From an uncultured bacterium (GTDB lineage: Bacteria > Patescibacteriota > Minisyncoccia > UBA6257 > UBA9933), in the NCBI GenBank assembly GCA_913009635.1, contig CAJVXI010000001.1, forward strand, positions 2,915-66,914: a stretch of 64,000 bases of DNA, written 5' to 3'. Below are positions 1 through 8,792 of the stretch, one piece after another. Position 1 is the stretch's first letter, and each line of letters starts with the position of its first letter. Below the pieces are notes generated by a model that worked only from the letters and a program-made list of their open reading frames with translations, had not been told where the DNA came from and made no database searches. The position numbers were made by a program, and so were the translations under genes.

Positions 1-58
1 CTAATACGGAAAGTCAGCATAAGTCAGTGTTTAGTCTGTGTAAGTCCGCGTTGGTAGT
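1..58. repeat. Repeat family H copy at the window edge. It is about 75% identical to 1050-1108 and carries (r)AGTC-rich motifs.
   Basis: By eye, 'ctaatacggaaagtcag..agtcagtgtt.agtc.gt.t.agtc.gcgtt' is shared between 1-58 and 1050-1108. Confidence 0.5.
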
Positions 59-1247
59 GGCGGTGGCGGTTTTTGTTTTAATTTTCCTTTTGGCCGGATT
101 CTTTGGCTATAATCCATCAGCGTCTTTTTGGTCTAATTTTGAGCGTGGCGAAGGCAGTTTTCAAATGCTTCATCTTTTTATTTTTTTTATTTTATTAATT
201 TTACTTTTTAGAGATAAAGCATCTTGGCGCCGATTGTTTATTATTTCAATAATAGTCGCGAGTTTAGTTATTCTTTACGGAGTTGCCGCTAGCTTAAAAT
301 ATGTTGATGCTGAAATGATTGGCCAAGAATTATCCGGCAAAGGAGGTCCATTTTTTCAAGCTTTTCATAATTTTCCGGGCCAGGCATTTAATGCCCCGGG
401 ATTTCGTTTTGCCGGTTCGCTTGGAAATTCGGCTTATTTGGGCACTTATTTAATTTTTGCCATGTTTTATGCTTTATATCTTATAACAGAATTAAAACGT
501 AAAAAAGTTTTTCGTTATATTTTAATAGGATTAACAGCAGTTTTTATAATATTTTTATTTTTGAGCGGAACAAGAGGCGCGTTTTTGGGATTGGGAGCGG
601 CTGTTTTAGCTGGTCTGTTTTATTTATTTTCTATTTTGCCATCTGGCTGGCTTCGTAAAACAATATTATCTTTTCTTATTGTTTTAATTATTTCCAGTTC
701 ACTCGGTTTTATTTTTCGTCAATCAATACCAATATTAAATAATAGAATTTTTAATATTTCTTTTTTATCAGAAACATTTCAAACAAGATTGTTGCTTTGG
801 CATCAGTCAGTAAAGGCGTTTAATGAGCGGCCGATTTTGGGATGGGGACCTGAAAATTTTCAAGTTTCTTTTGAGAAAAATTACAATCCGTACTTTAGGG
901 TTTGGTTTGATAGAGCTCATAATATATTTTTTGATTATTTAGTTTTTGCGGGAATTTTGGGTTTACTTAGCTTTATGGCGATTTTTGTTGTTTATTATCG
1001 GCAATTCTTCAAGACACGGACTTATGCAGACGAGACACGGACTAATACGGAAAGAAGTCAGTATGAGTCAGTGTTAAGTCCGTATGAGTCTGCGTTATTA
1101 TTCTCTCTGCCTATAGCATATCTTGTCCAAGGACTGGTTCTTTTTGATGTTTTACCAATATATATTAATTTGTTTTTGTTTTTAGCGTTTGCGGTATACA
1201 AATTCCAAGCACCAAGCACCAAATTACAAATAAATTCCAATGACTAA
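27..1247 (+). CDS. O-antigen ligase / Wzy_C-like polytopic membrane protein. The start is uncertain because the 5' end lies in a repeat at the window edge. The C-terminal codons are supplied by a repeat family E fragment.
   Basis: Many TM helices. The 'SGTRGAFLGLGAAVLAGLFYLF' loop is typical of the O-antigen ligase family. It sits directly upstream of the type IV pilus genes. Confidence 0.5.
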   Translation: MFSLCKSALVVAVAVFVLIFLLAGFFGYNPSASFWSNFERGEGSFQMLHLFIFFILLILLFRDKASWRRLFIISIIVASLVILYGVAASLKYVDAEMIGQELSGKGGPFFQAFHNFPGQAFNAPGFRFAGSLGNSAYLGTYLIFAMFYALYLITELKRKKVFRYILIGLTAVFIIFLFLSGTRGAFLGLGAAVLAGLFYLFSILPSGWLRKTILSFLIVLIISSSLGFIFRQSIPILNNRIFNISFLSETFQTRLLLWHQSVKAFNERPILGWGPENFQVSFEKNYNPYFRVWFDRAHNIFFDYLVFAGILGLLSFMAIFVVYYRQFFKTRTYADETRTNTERSQYESVLSPYESALLFSLPIAYLVQGLVLFDVLPIYINLFLFLAFAVYKFQAPSTKLQINSND

Positions 1248-1287
1248 AATTTCTAATTTCTAATTTCTAATTTTTATTAAATTTTTA
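1248..1287. repeat. Short tandem repeat (ttctaat)n that fills an intergenic gap.
   Basis: The sequence reads 'aaatttctaatttctaatttctaattt'. Related copies are at 1683-1721, 7006-7041 and 61223-61262. Confidence 0.8.
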
Positions 1288-1686
1288 ATGGAACAATTTT
1301 CAAACAATAAAAACAGAGAATACGATTTAGAAGAAAGAACTGCTAAATTCGGCGAGGATATAATAGAATTTGTGAGAAATATTAAAAGAGATGATATTAA
1401 CCGCAATATTATTGTTCAATTGGCGCGAGCGGTTACCTCTATAGGTGCTAATTATTGCGAAGCCAACGCCTCCAGCTCTAAACGAGATTTCAGAAATAAA
1501 ATTTATATCTGCAAGAAAGAAACTAATGAAACGAAATATTGGTTAAGAATATTAGCCAAACACCACCCAGAATTAAAAGAAAAAATAAGAAATTTTTGGA
1601 AAGAGGCGCATGAATTGCATCTTATTTTTCAGAAAATCACTAACACTTTGGATAAAAAGCAAAAAAGTTTAGAAATTGAAAATTAG
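1288..1686 (+). CDS. Four-helix-bundle protein (23S rRNA intervening-sequence protein family, TIGR02436-like).
   Basis: The motif pattern 'QLARAVTSIGANYCEA..S.RDF..K......ETNETKYWL' matches this family. Confidence 0.6.
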   Translation: MEQFSNNKNREYDLEERTAKFGEDIIEFVRNIKRDDINRNIIVQLARAVTSIGANYCEANASSSKRDFRNKIYICKKETNETKYWLRILAKHHPELKEKIRNFWKEAHELHLIFQKITNTLDKKQKSLEIEN

Positions 1687-1721
1687 AAATTCAATAGAAA
1701 TTAAAAATTAGAAATTGAAAA

Positions 1722-3437
1722 TTGTCTATGCTTCAAATTCCTCCTCAAAAACTCAAAGAACTTTTAGTTAAACAGGATTTAATTGCTCCGCAACTTTTTG
1801 ACGATTTAGTTTTAGAAGCTGAGCGAATGAAGCAGAACCTTGGCGATATTTTAATTTCCCGCGGAATAATCAGCTATAGTTATTTTTACACTGTTTTAGC
1901 TAATTATTTAGGCGTAGAAAAAACTGATTTAGCCACTCGTTCAATTGACGAAAAAATTTTAAAGTTATTAGATGAAGAAACAGCTCGAAGGAAAAAATTA
2001 ATTCTATTCGCAAAACAGCCGGACGGCGTTTTATCTGTTGCGATGGAAGACCCGAGCGATTTAGAAGCGATTGAATTTTTAGAAAAACGCCTTAATTTAA
2101 AAATCAAACCTTATTTGGCAACCCAAGAAGATTTAGACAGAGGATTCGCGCTTTATGGTCAGCAATTGGTTGAAAATTTCAAAAAAATCGTTGAGGAAAA
2201 TATTTCCGTTTCTCTTAAAGCGCGCGTAAAGAATATTAAAGAAGCAGCTGCTCAAGTACCGATTGTTGCTATTGTTGATAATTTGCTTTCTTATGCTATT
2301 TCACTTCGCGCTTCAGATATTCATATTGAAATCTTAGAAGACGTTATTTTAATTAGATTTAGAATTGATGGAGTGCTTCATGAAATTATCAGAATTCCTA
2401 AAGAGATTCATCCGGCAATTACCGCCCGAATTAAACTTTTGGGTGGTTTAAAAATTGACGAACATATGAAGCCGCAAGACGGACGATTTAGATATAAGAT
2501 AGGGTCCGATTTAATTGATATCCGAGTAGCAATAATGCCCATTTTTTACGGTGAGAAAATTGAAATGCGGCTTTTGTCGTCTACGCAAAAACCATTGTCT
2601 TTTGAGGAATTGGGAATGTTTGAAGATGTGGTAAAAATTGTTGAAGAAAATATTAAAAAAAGTTATGGAATGGTTTTGATTTGCGGGCCAACCGGCTCCG
2701 GAAAAAGCACTACTCTTTATTCAATTTTAAATATTCTTAATAAGCCGGAAGTTAATATTGTTACAATTGAGGACCCAATTGAGTTTGATATAAAATACGT
2801 TAATCAAACACAAATAAATAATTTAGCTGGCATTACTTTTGCAAATGGACTTCGCGCAATTTTAAGGCAAGACCCAAATATAATTATGGTAGGTGAGATT
2901 CGTGATGAAGAAACAGCTGAAATCGCGGTTCATTCAGCGTTAACCGGTCATCTATTACTTTCCAGCTTACACACCAATGATGCTGTTACAGCTATTCCGA
3001 GATTTATTGATATGAAAATTGCTTCGTTTTTGGTTGCTGCTGTTCTTAATATGGTTTTAGCTCAGAGGTTAGTGAGAAAAATTTGTTTGGATTGCATTGA
3101 ATCATTTTCGCCTGATGCCGAAATGATAAAATCTTTAGAAAAACAATTTAAAGAATTAAAAATAGAATCAGGAATCAGTGTTCCAAAAATTCTTTATCGT
3201 GGACGTGGATGTCCAGCTTGCAGCGATACGGGTTATAGGGGTAGATTTGGAATTTTTGAGGTTTTAAGTGTTGATGAAAATATTAGAAAAGTAATTATTG
3301 ACACGAATTTTTCTTTGGATACTTTAAAAGAAGCAGCTAGAAAACAAGGTATGATTACTATGTTTGAAGATAGTTTAAAAAAGGTCGCGAGGGGGTTAAC
3401 AACAATAGAGGAAGTATTGAGAGTTATTAGGGAATAA
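1722..3437 (+). CDS. pilB: Type IV pilus assembly ATPase PilB (GspE family).
   Basis: T2SSE N-domain followed by Walker A 'GPTGSGKST'. The C-terminal tetracysteine 'CLDC...CPAC' is also present. Confidence 0.9.
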   Translation: MSMLQIPPQKLKELLVKQDLIAPQLFDDLVLEAERMKQNLGDILISRGIISYSYFYTVLANYLGVEKTDLATRSIDEKILKLLDEETARRKKLILFAKQPDGVLSVAMEDPSDLEAIEFLEKRLNLKIKPYLATQEDLDRGFALYGQQLVENFKKIVEENISVSLKARVKNIKEAAAQVPIVAIVDNLLSYAISLRASDIHIEILEDVILIRFRIDGVLHEIIRIPKEIHPAITARIKLLGGLKIDEHMKPQDGRFRYKIGSDLIDIRVAIMPIFYGEKIEMRLLSSTQKPLSFEELGMFEDVVKIVEENIKKSYGMVLICGPTGSGKSTTLYSILNILNKPEVNIVTIEDPIEFDIKYVNQTQINNLAGITFANGLRAILRQDPNIIMVGEIRDEETAEIAVHSALTGHLLLSSLHTNDAVTAIPRFIDMKIASFLVAAVLNMVLAQRLVRKICLDCIESFSPDAEMIKSLEKQFKELKIESGISVPKILYRGRGCPACSDTGYRGRFGIFEVLSVDENIRKVIIDTNFSLDTLKEAARKQGMITMFEDSLKKVARGLTTIEEVLRVIRE

Positions 3438-3572
3438 CTCTCAAAAATGTAAAATTTAAAAATCAAAAATCAAAATGCCAATGTAAAATTTCAAAATGAG
3501 TTAAAAAAACGAAAACAATTTTAACATTTTGATCTGTCATTTTCCATTTTGATATTTACATTTTGAATTTTT
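3438..3572. repeat. Repeat family A copy that fills the pilB-pilC gap.
   Basis: It runs from the pilB stop to the pilC ATG and has an internal imperfect palindrome. Confidence 0.8.
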
Positions 3573-4784
3573 ATGAGATTTCATTACATTGCGTCACAGC
3601 CAAACGGTAAAATAGTTGAAGATGAAATTGATGCCCAGGGTCCGGCTGAAGTTTTGGAATTTTTAGCCAATAAGGGTTTAAAGCCAGTTTCTCTTAAACA
3701 AATTAAGGGTTTTGAGCAGACCATTAAACGGCATATTTTCGGTCAGACAATTACGATAGATGATAAAGTTTTTTTAACAAAGTATTTGGCGTTGATGCTT
3801 AAGGTTGGCACTGATCTTTTTAAGGCAATTAATATTTTAATCGCTGATTTTGATAAGCCGTCAGTTAAAGCGTTATTGATCGAAATTCGTAATTCTTTAG
3901 AAAAGGGACAGCCATTTTATACGACTTTTGCTAAATATCCTAAATTTTTCTCACCGGTTTTCGTAAATTTAATTAAATCAGGTGAAGCGTCCGGGAATTT
4001 AGAACAAATTTTTGAAGATTTAAGCAATTCAGTTCAAAAAGAACAGGAGCTTCGCAATCGGATTAAAGCCGCTTTAACTTATCCAATTATTCTTTTAGTG
4101 GTTTCGACAATGATTCTTGTTCTATTGGTAAGTTTTGCTTTGCCGAGAATCGCGAATATTTTTATGTCCAGCGGTTTTGATCCGCCAACTTTTTCAAAAA
4201 TTGTTTTTGCAGTTGGTTTATTTTTTGGTAAATTTGTTTGGATTATTTTAGGCGTAGGAGCGCTTTTGTTATTTGGAAATTGGTTTTTTATTAGTAAAAC
4301 TTTAATTGGTAAAAGATTTATTCAGCGGTTATTTTCTAAGACACCGGTAGTAAAAACAGTTATAAAACGAATCGCCATTCAGCGTTTTGCCACTACCCTT
4401 GCATCGCTTTTAAAAGCAGGTTTGCCCATAACTGATTCTTTAGAGATTACCGCGCAAGCCGTTGGTTTCGAAGAATTAAAGGATGCTCTTTTAAGAATTT
4501 CTCGAGAGGGAATCATTAAGGGAGCGACCATTGGAGAGGCCTTTAAGCGTGAACCGTTTTTCCCAAAGACAGTTTCTAATTTGGTGGCAATTTCTGAAAA
4601 AGCCGGACATATAGAAAATATTTTAGGCGTTTTAGCCCATTTTTATGAATCAGAGATTGATTCGTCAATTAAGTCAATGGTTTCTTTTCTGGAGCCAGTA
4701 TTACTTTTGGTTATTGGATTTATAATTGGCTTAATAGCTCTTTCTATTATCGTGCCGATTTATCAGTTGGTGGGACAGTTCTAA
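3573..4784 (+). CDS. pilC: Type IV pilus platform protein PilC (GspF family).
   Basis: Two GspF-type repeats with TM helices. It lies next to pilB. Confidence 0.85.
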   Translation: MRFHYIASQPNGKIVEDEIDAQGPAEVLEFLANKGLKPVSLKQIKGFEQTIKRHIFGQTITIDDKVFLTKYLALMLKVGTDLFKAINILIADFDKPSVKALLIEIRNSLEKGQPFYTTFAKYPKFFSPVFVNLIKSGEASGNLEQIFEDLSNSVQKEQELRNRIKAALTYPIILLVVSTMILVLLVSFALPRIANIFMSSGFDPPTFSKIVFAVGLFFGKFVWIILGVGALLLFGNWFFISKTLIGKRFIQRLFSKTPVVKTVIKRIAIQRFATTLASLLKAGLPITDSLEITAQAVGFEELKDALLRISREGIIKGATIGEAFKREPFFPKTVSNLVAISEKAGHIENILGVLAHFYESEIDSSIKSMVSFLEPVLLLVIGFIIGLIALSIIVPIYQLVGQF

Positions 4785-4848
4785 TAAATTGCTAAACTGA
4801 TAAATTGTTAAACTGTTGCGCTAACGAATTGATAAAAACAATTTAACA

Positions 4849-5325
4849 ATGAAACAATTCAACAATAGATCATTCACGCTTATAGAGCTTGTAATCGTTA
4901 TTTCTATTACATTACTTCTTTTTTCAGCTGGATTTTTAAAGCTTTTAGATTATCGTCAGCATCAGGCATTAAAGTTGACAAAACAAAATATTGCAGCGGT
5001 TTTAAGAAACGCCCAAAATCTTTCTATTAGTCAGGAATCCGGCAATCGTTGGGGGATTCATTTCGAAAATCCATCTGGAAGCGGTAATGATTTTTACGAA
5101 TTATTTTCAGGAGTGAGCTATAGCACAAGTACTGTTATTTCAAAAAATAATTTAGACCCGGAGCTTCAATTTAACGATCCAGCATCCGGAGTTTCTGAAA
5201 ATATAATTTTTTTGCCTCTTAGCGGAAAATTAAGCGCTGCGGCTTCCATAAATATTTCTTTAGTAAGTGATACTTCGGTTTCCAGTACAATCATTATAAA
5301 TGCTAATGGGCAGATAGAGTATTAA
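4849..5325 (+). CDS. Prepilin-type N-terminal cleavage/methylation-domain pilin.
   Basis: The N-terminus 'NRSFTLIELVIVISI' has F+1 and E+5 of a class III signal. Confidence 0.7.
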   Translation: MKQFNNRSFTLIELVIVISITLLLFSAGFLKLLDYRQHQALKLTKQNIAAVLRNAQNLSISQESGNRWGIHFENPSGSGNDFYELFSGVSYSTSTVISKNNLDPELQFNDPASGVSENIIFLPLSGKLSAAASINISLVSDTSVSSTIIINANGQIEY

Positions 5326-5420
5326 AGACGAGGTTTTAGGATTTAGAATATAGAATATAGGGGTAGGCATTAAAATTTAACAAAACTCCTAAATTCTAAA
5401 TTCTAAATTTTCATAATAAA

Positions 5421-6464
5421 ATGGCAAAACCCCTAAATTCTAAATCCTACCGCGCCCGACATCGCCTTGTGAAGTCAAGGCGGGCGGGTATTCTAAATTC
5501 TTTTAATAAAGGTCAATCTTTTATTGAGATTATTATTGCTTTTTTGATAGGCGCTCTTTTAATTATCGCTTCATCAAGCGCCGTTGTTTTAATAGTTAGG
5601 AATAATTTGGAATCCAAGAATAATCAAATAGCCGCCTTTTTGGTTCAAGAATTAGTTGACAATATTCAGGCAGTTTCTGAATCTGATTGGAATAGTTTTT
5701 ATAACCTTGCTCCAAAAGGCTCGAGTTCACAATATTACGTGAGTTCTACTCGCGCGATTATTAATGACGTGGAAGTTTTAACTATCAAAGAAAGGAATTA
5801 TACTCGATATTTTTCTATTGAGAATGTTAATCGTGATATTTGCGGTACCGGCGATATTAGCAGTGCCGCAACCAGTACTTGTTTGGGTGCTGAGGTTTTA
5901 GAAGACCCATCAACGCAGAAAATTACTGCTTTTGTAAATTGGGCTGGCAATCATTCAATTAGCATAGTTCAATATTTAACTCGGCACCGTGATTCTGTTT
6001 TTGCTCAGAGCAATTGGTCTGGAGGAGTTCTATCGGATGAAATAATTACTTTCTCTAATTACAGATTTTCTACGTCAACTAATATTGATTTTGCCACCAC
6101 CACTGGTTCAATAGTTTTAAGCGCGGGTCAAACAAGCGGTAATTTAACATCCAGCATTTTTGATACTCAAAGAACAGATGGAGCGGCCTTTAATGCCATT
6201 CTTTGGCAGGGCGATATAGGCGACGGAACGGTAAAATTTCGAATTGCTTCGTCAGCCACTTCCACCGATCACTGGAATTATTACGGTTGGGATGGCAGTG
6301 GAAGCACTGATTATCCGGCCAGCGGCTCTGTTGATGACGATACATCGGTTTTAATTATGCCGGAGCATCATAATAATGATAGATACGTTCGTTATAAAGT
6401 ATTTTTAAATAAAACTTCTAATAGTCCGCGAATTGACGACATAATAATTAACTGGAGCTCATAA
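5421..6464 (+). CDS. Large pilin-like protein (minor pilin). The true start is possibly the GTG near 5469.
   Basis: 'KGQSFIEIIIAFLIGALLI' is a prepilin-like signal. The long N-terminal leader includes a GC-rich hairpin and the ctaaattctaaat repeat. Confidence 0.5.
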   Translation: MAKPLNSKSYRARHRLVKSRRAGILNSFNKGQSFIEIIIAFLIGALLIIASSSAVVLIVRNNLESKNNQIAAFLVQELVDNIQAVSESDWNSFYNLAPKGSSSQYYVSSTRAIINDVEVLTIKERNYTRYFSIENVNRDICGTGDISSAATSTCLGAEVLEDPSTQKITAFVNWAGNHSISIVQYLTRHRDSVFAQSNWSGGVLSDEIITFSNYRFSTSTNIDFATTTGSIVLSAGQTSGNLTSSIFDTQRTDGAAFNAILWQGDIGDGTVKFRIASSATSTDHWNYYGWDGSGSTDYPASGSVDDDTSVLIMPEHHNNDRYVRYKVFLNKTSNSPRIDDIIINWSS

Positions 6465-6465
6465 A

Positions 6466-7005
6466 ATGAAACTAAAAACTAAAAACCCCCGCCTGCGCCG
6501 AGGCTTCGGCCTTCGGCCGACGAAGTCGCCTTCGGCCGACGAAGTCGGCGGGCAGGAAAAACTAAAAGCTAATAAAGGTATAATTGCATTGCCGACAATG
6601 CTTTTAATCGGCGGGGTTATTGTGGAAATTGGAATTGCCGGACTTTTAGTTTCTTATTTTTTAATACAGAGCAATCTTGGTATTAGGTTGTCAGCCGAAG
6701 CATTGGCAGTGGCTCGGTCAGGGACCCAGGATGCTATAATTAAAATTATTCGTGATAAAAACTTTACTAGCGGTTCACCTTATTCTTTAACTGTTGGTGA
6801 ATGGTCTGCTCAAATTATTGTTTGTAAAGATTCAAGAACAATTTCCACTGCTTGTGATGACCTAGATCCTTCAAATAAGGGGAAACATGAAATTACATCT
6901 TTGGGGATAGTTCAAAAAAAACAACGTAAAATTCAAACAATTCTTAACGTTAATAGCGCAACTGGAGAAGTTAATGTAGAATCAATAGAAGAGATAGCTA
7001 TTTAA
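6466..7005 (+). CDS. PilX_N-like pilus assembly / minor pilin protein. The N-terminal 40 aa are encoded by a GC-rich tandem hairpin element.
   Basis: 'KGIIALPTMLLIGGVIV...SAEALAVARSGTQDA' resembles the PilX N-domain. Confidence 0.45.
   Translation: MKLKTKNPRLRRGFGLRPTKSPSADEVGGQEKLKANKGIIALPTMLLIGGVIVEIGIAGLLVSYFLIQSNLGIRLSAEALAVARSGTQDAIIKIIRDKNFTSGSPYSLTVGEWSAQIIVCKDSRTISTACDDLDPSNKGKHEITSLGIVQKKQRKIQTILNVNSATGEVNVESIEEIAI
6486..6556. repeat. GC-rich tandem hairpin element (2 x 'ccttcggccgacgaagtcg') inside the 5' end of the ORF.
   Basis: This is a 70 bp GC-rich palindromic segment in a 30% GC genome. A related hairpin 'gccgaaggcgtcgacttcgtc' is at 51387-51412. Confidence 0.7.
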
Positions 7006-7041
7006 AATTTCTAATTTCTAATTTCTAATTTTCAAATATTA
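7006..7041. repeat. (ttctaat)n tandem repeat that fills a stop-to-start gap.
   Basis: The sequence reads 'aaatttctaatttctaatttctaatttt'. Confidence 0.8.
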
Positions 7042-8544
7042 ATGAAAATCAATTTTAAAAAAATACTTAACGCTATAAATCCGCAGCCGGCTATTGGCGG
7101 TCTTGAGATTAATAATTTAGAATTGCGATTTATTAAATTAAAAGGCAATAACCTTTCTTCTATTTCCCAAAAATTACAGCCTGGCATTATTGAAAAGGGA
7201 AAAATAAAAGATCGGGCTAATTTTATAGCAGCTCTTTCAAATCTCCATTTTCAGATTACTCGTAGAAAAAAGAAAAAAATTTACGTAATTGTCGACGTTC
7301 CCAATATTAACGTTTATGCTAAAGTCTTTAATTTACCGAGCGTTGCTTTGGGGAATCTTGAAGAAGCCGCTAAACTTAATCTTCAAATGATTTCACCGAT
7401 TGATTTTGCTGATACATATAATGATTGGCATTCGGTTGGTAATAGTGGATATAATGAGAATCAAATAGAAATTTTGGGAGCTTTGGCGCCGAAATCTATT
7501 ATAGAAGAATTTAGCAGTTCTTTGGAAGAAGCAGGTTTTGGAATAGCGGCAATTGAATTTTCTGCTTTGTCATTAATAAGATTAGCGGTTAATTTTGGGG
7601 TTGGGATTGATATTAAAAATAATTATCTTTTACTTCAGATAGGCAGTGATGGTTTGAATTTTAATATAATGAAGAACGGTAATTTGTATTTCGCGCATTT
7701 TTATTCGTGGGAAACAGACACAAAAAAACAAAAGCAAATATCTTTTTCGGATTTTAAAGAATTAATTACCAGAGAAACTCAAAAAGTATTGAATTTTTAT
7801 GAAACTCATTGGGAAGGAAGAATTAATAAAGTAATTTTAGTAAGCTCAGGACTTGTTAAAGAAACAATTAGTATGCTTTCTGAAAATTTATCACTTGAGG
7901 TTCAGGTATTAACTCTTAAGAAATTTAATAAATTATCTCCAGATTGGTATAGTGCTTTAAGCTCGGCGCTTAGAGGATTAATTCCTCGTTCTCAGGACAC
8001 TATTATTAGCTTAGCAAGCGTCGGCACTGAAGAAGGGTTTAGGCGTTATCGTGTTATTAATTTTATAAATATTTGGCGTAATATTATTTTTGCTTCGCTA
8101 ATTTTCGTTATCGTAGTTTTTGGAGCGTCCGTATGGTTGTTAATAAATACGATGGAATCAGTAAATTTATCGGACATAACTTTGTCGAATGTTTCGGAAA
8201 TCGCAGAATTAAATATACTTCAGGAAAAGGCCAAAAGTTTTAATGAAAAAGTAGAGTTAGCGTTGAAATCACAAAAAACAGGAGCTAATTGGTCTTCATT
8301 TTTTGAGAGAATTAAGGGTTTAATCGGAAATGATATTGTCTTGGAAAGAATTTTTATTCAATCCTTGGAAACTCCGGTCTTGATTAATGCTACGGCAGTT
8401 AGTCAAGAAGCTGCAATAAATTTTAAAAACATTTTAACTCAACAGTCGCAATTTTATGAAATAAATTTGCCTTTATCAAATATTATTTCTTCAACTGAAG
8501 GACCGGTTAAATTCAGTATTAGCTTTAAGATAAGGGGGTTATAA
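7042..8544 (+). CDS. PilM-like actin-fold protein fused to a PilN-like TM/periplasmic segment.
   Basis: A 330-aa cytoplasmic domain is followed by the TM helix 'IIFASLIFVIVVFGASVWLLI' and a ~140-aa tail. The gene sits in the T4P cluster. Confidence 0.45.
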   Translation: MKINFKKILNAINPQPAIGGLEINNLELRFIKLKGNNLSSISQKLQPGIIEKGKIKDRANFIAALSNLHFQITRRKKKKIYVIVDVPNINVYAKVFNLPSVALGNLEEAAKLNLQMISPIDFADTYNDWHSVGNSGYNENQIEILGALAPKSIIEEFSSSLEEAGFGIAAIEFSALSLIRLAVNFGVGIDIKNNYLLLQIGSDGLNFNIMKNGNLYFAHFYSWETDTKKQKQISFSDFKELITRETQKVLNFYETHWEGRINKVILVSSGLVKETISMLSENLSLEVQVLTLKKFNKLSPDWYSALSSALRGLIPRSQDTIISLASVGTEEGFRRYRVINFINIWRNIIFASLIFVIVVFGASVWLLINTMESVNLSDITLSNVSEIAELNILQEKAKSFNEKVELALKSQKTGANWSSFFERIKGLIGNDIVLERIFIQSLETPVLINATAVSQEAAINFKNILTQQSQFYEINLPLSNIISSTEGPVKFSISFKIRGL

Positions 8545-8792
8545 AAATCTTTTTTTCAAAAAAATCTTTTCCCGCCAGCCAACAATAGCGCCTAACAATT
8601 TTTCGTTCATCAGCCGTTGTCACCTCGTTCGCTTTACGATTTTCTGGCGGCTTAAAGGACGCTTCGCTCCCGTCAAAAAATCTACTCACTTCGGAACAAC
8701 GCGTTTGAATTCGCTCAAAACATTAGGCGCTATTATAGTAACAGGCTGGCCACAAAAAAGATTTTTGCTTTTCTTTGGCTACAAAAAGATTT
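8545..8792. repeat. MITE-like or structured element with ~22-bp terminal inverted repeats 'AAAATCTTTTCCCGCCAGCC ... GGCTGGCCACAAAAAAGATTTT'.
   Basis: The termini are conserved with the element at 31249-31470. The inner sequences have diverged but are homologous, and each has a nested inverted repeat. Confidence 0.6.

Noticed and set aside
1058-1240. Antisense or internal ORFs inside confident genes (1058-1240, 1904-2107, 3233-3466, 8845-9027, 10955-11158, 14236-14550, 15663-16154, 19375-19638, 20101-20313, 32056-32436, 33322-33636, 45467-45655, 48317-48697, 57585-57794, 63311-63520 and others)
   Set aside because: These are shadow ORFs within well-supported CDSs on the opposite strand or in another frame. 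They have no independent signals and have the typical AT-rich codon-shadow composition.
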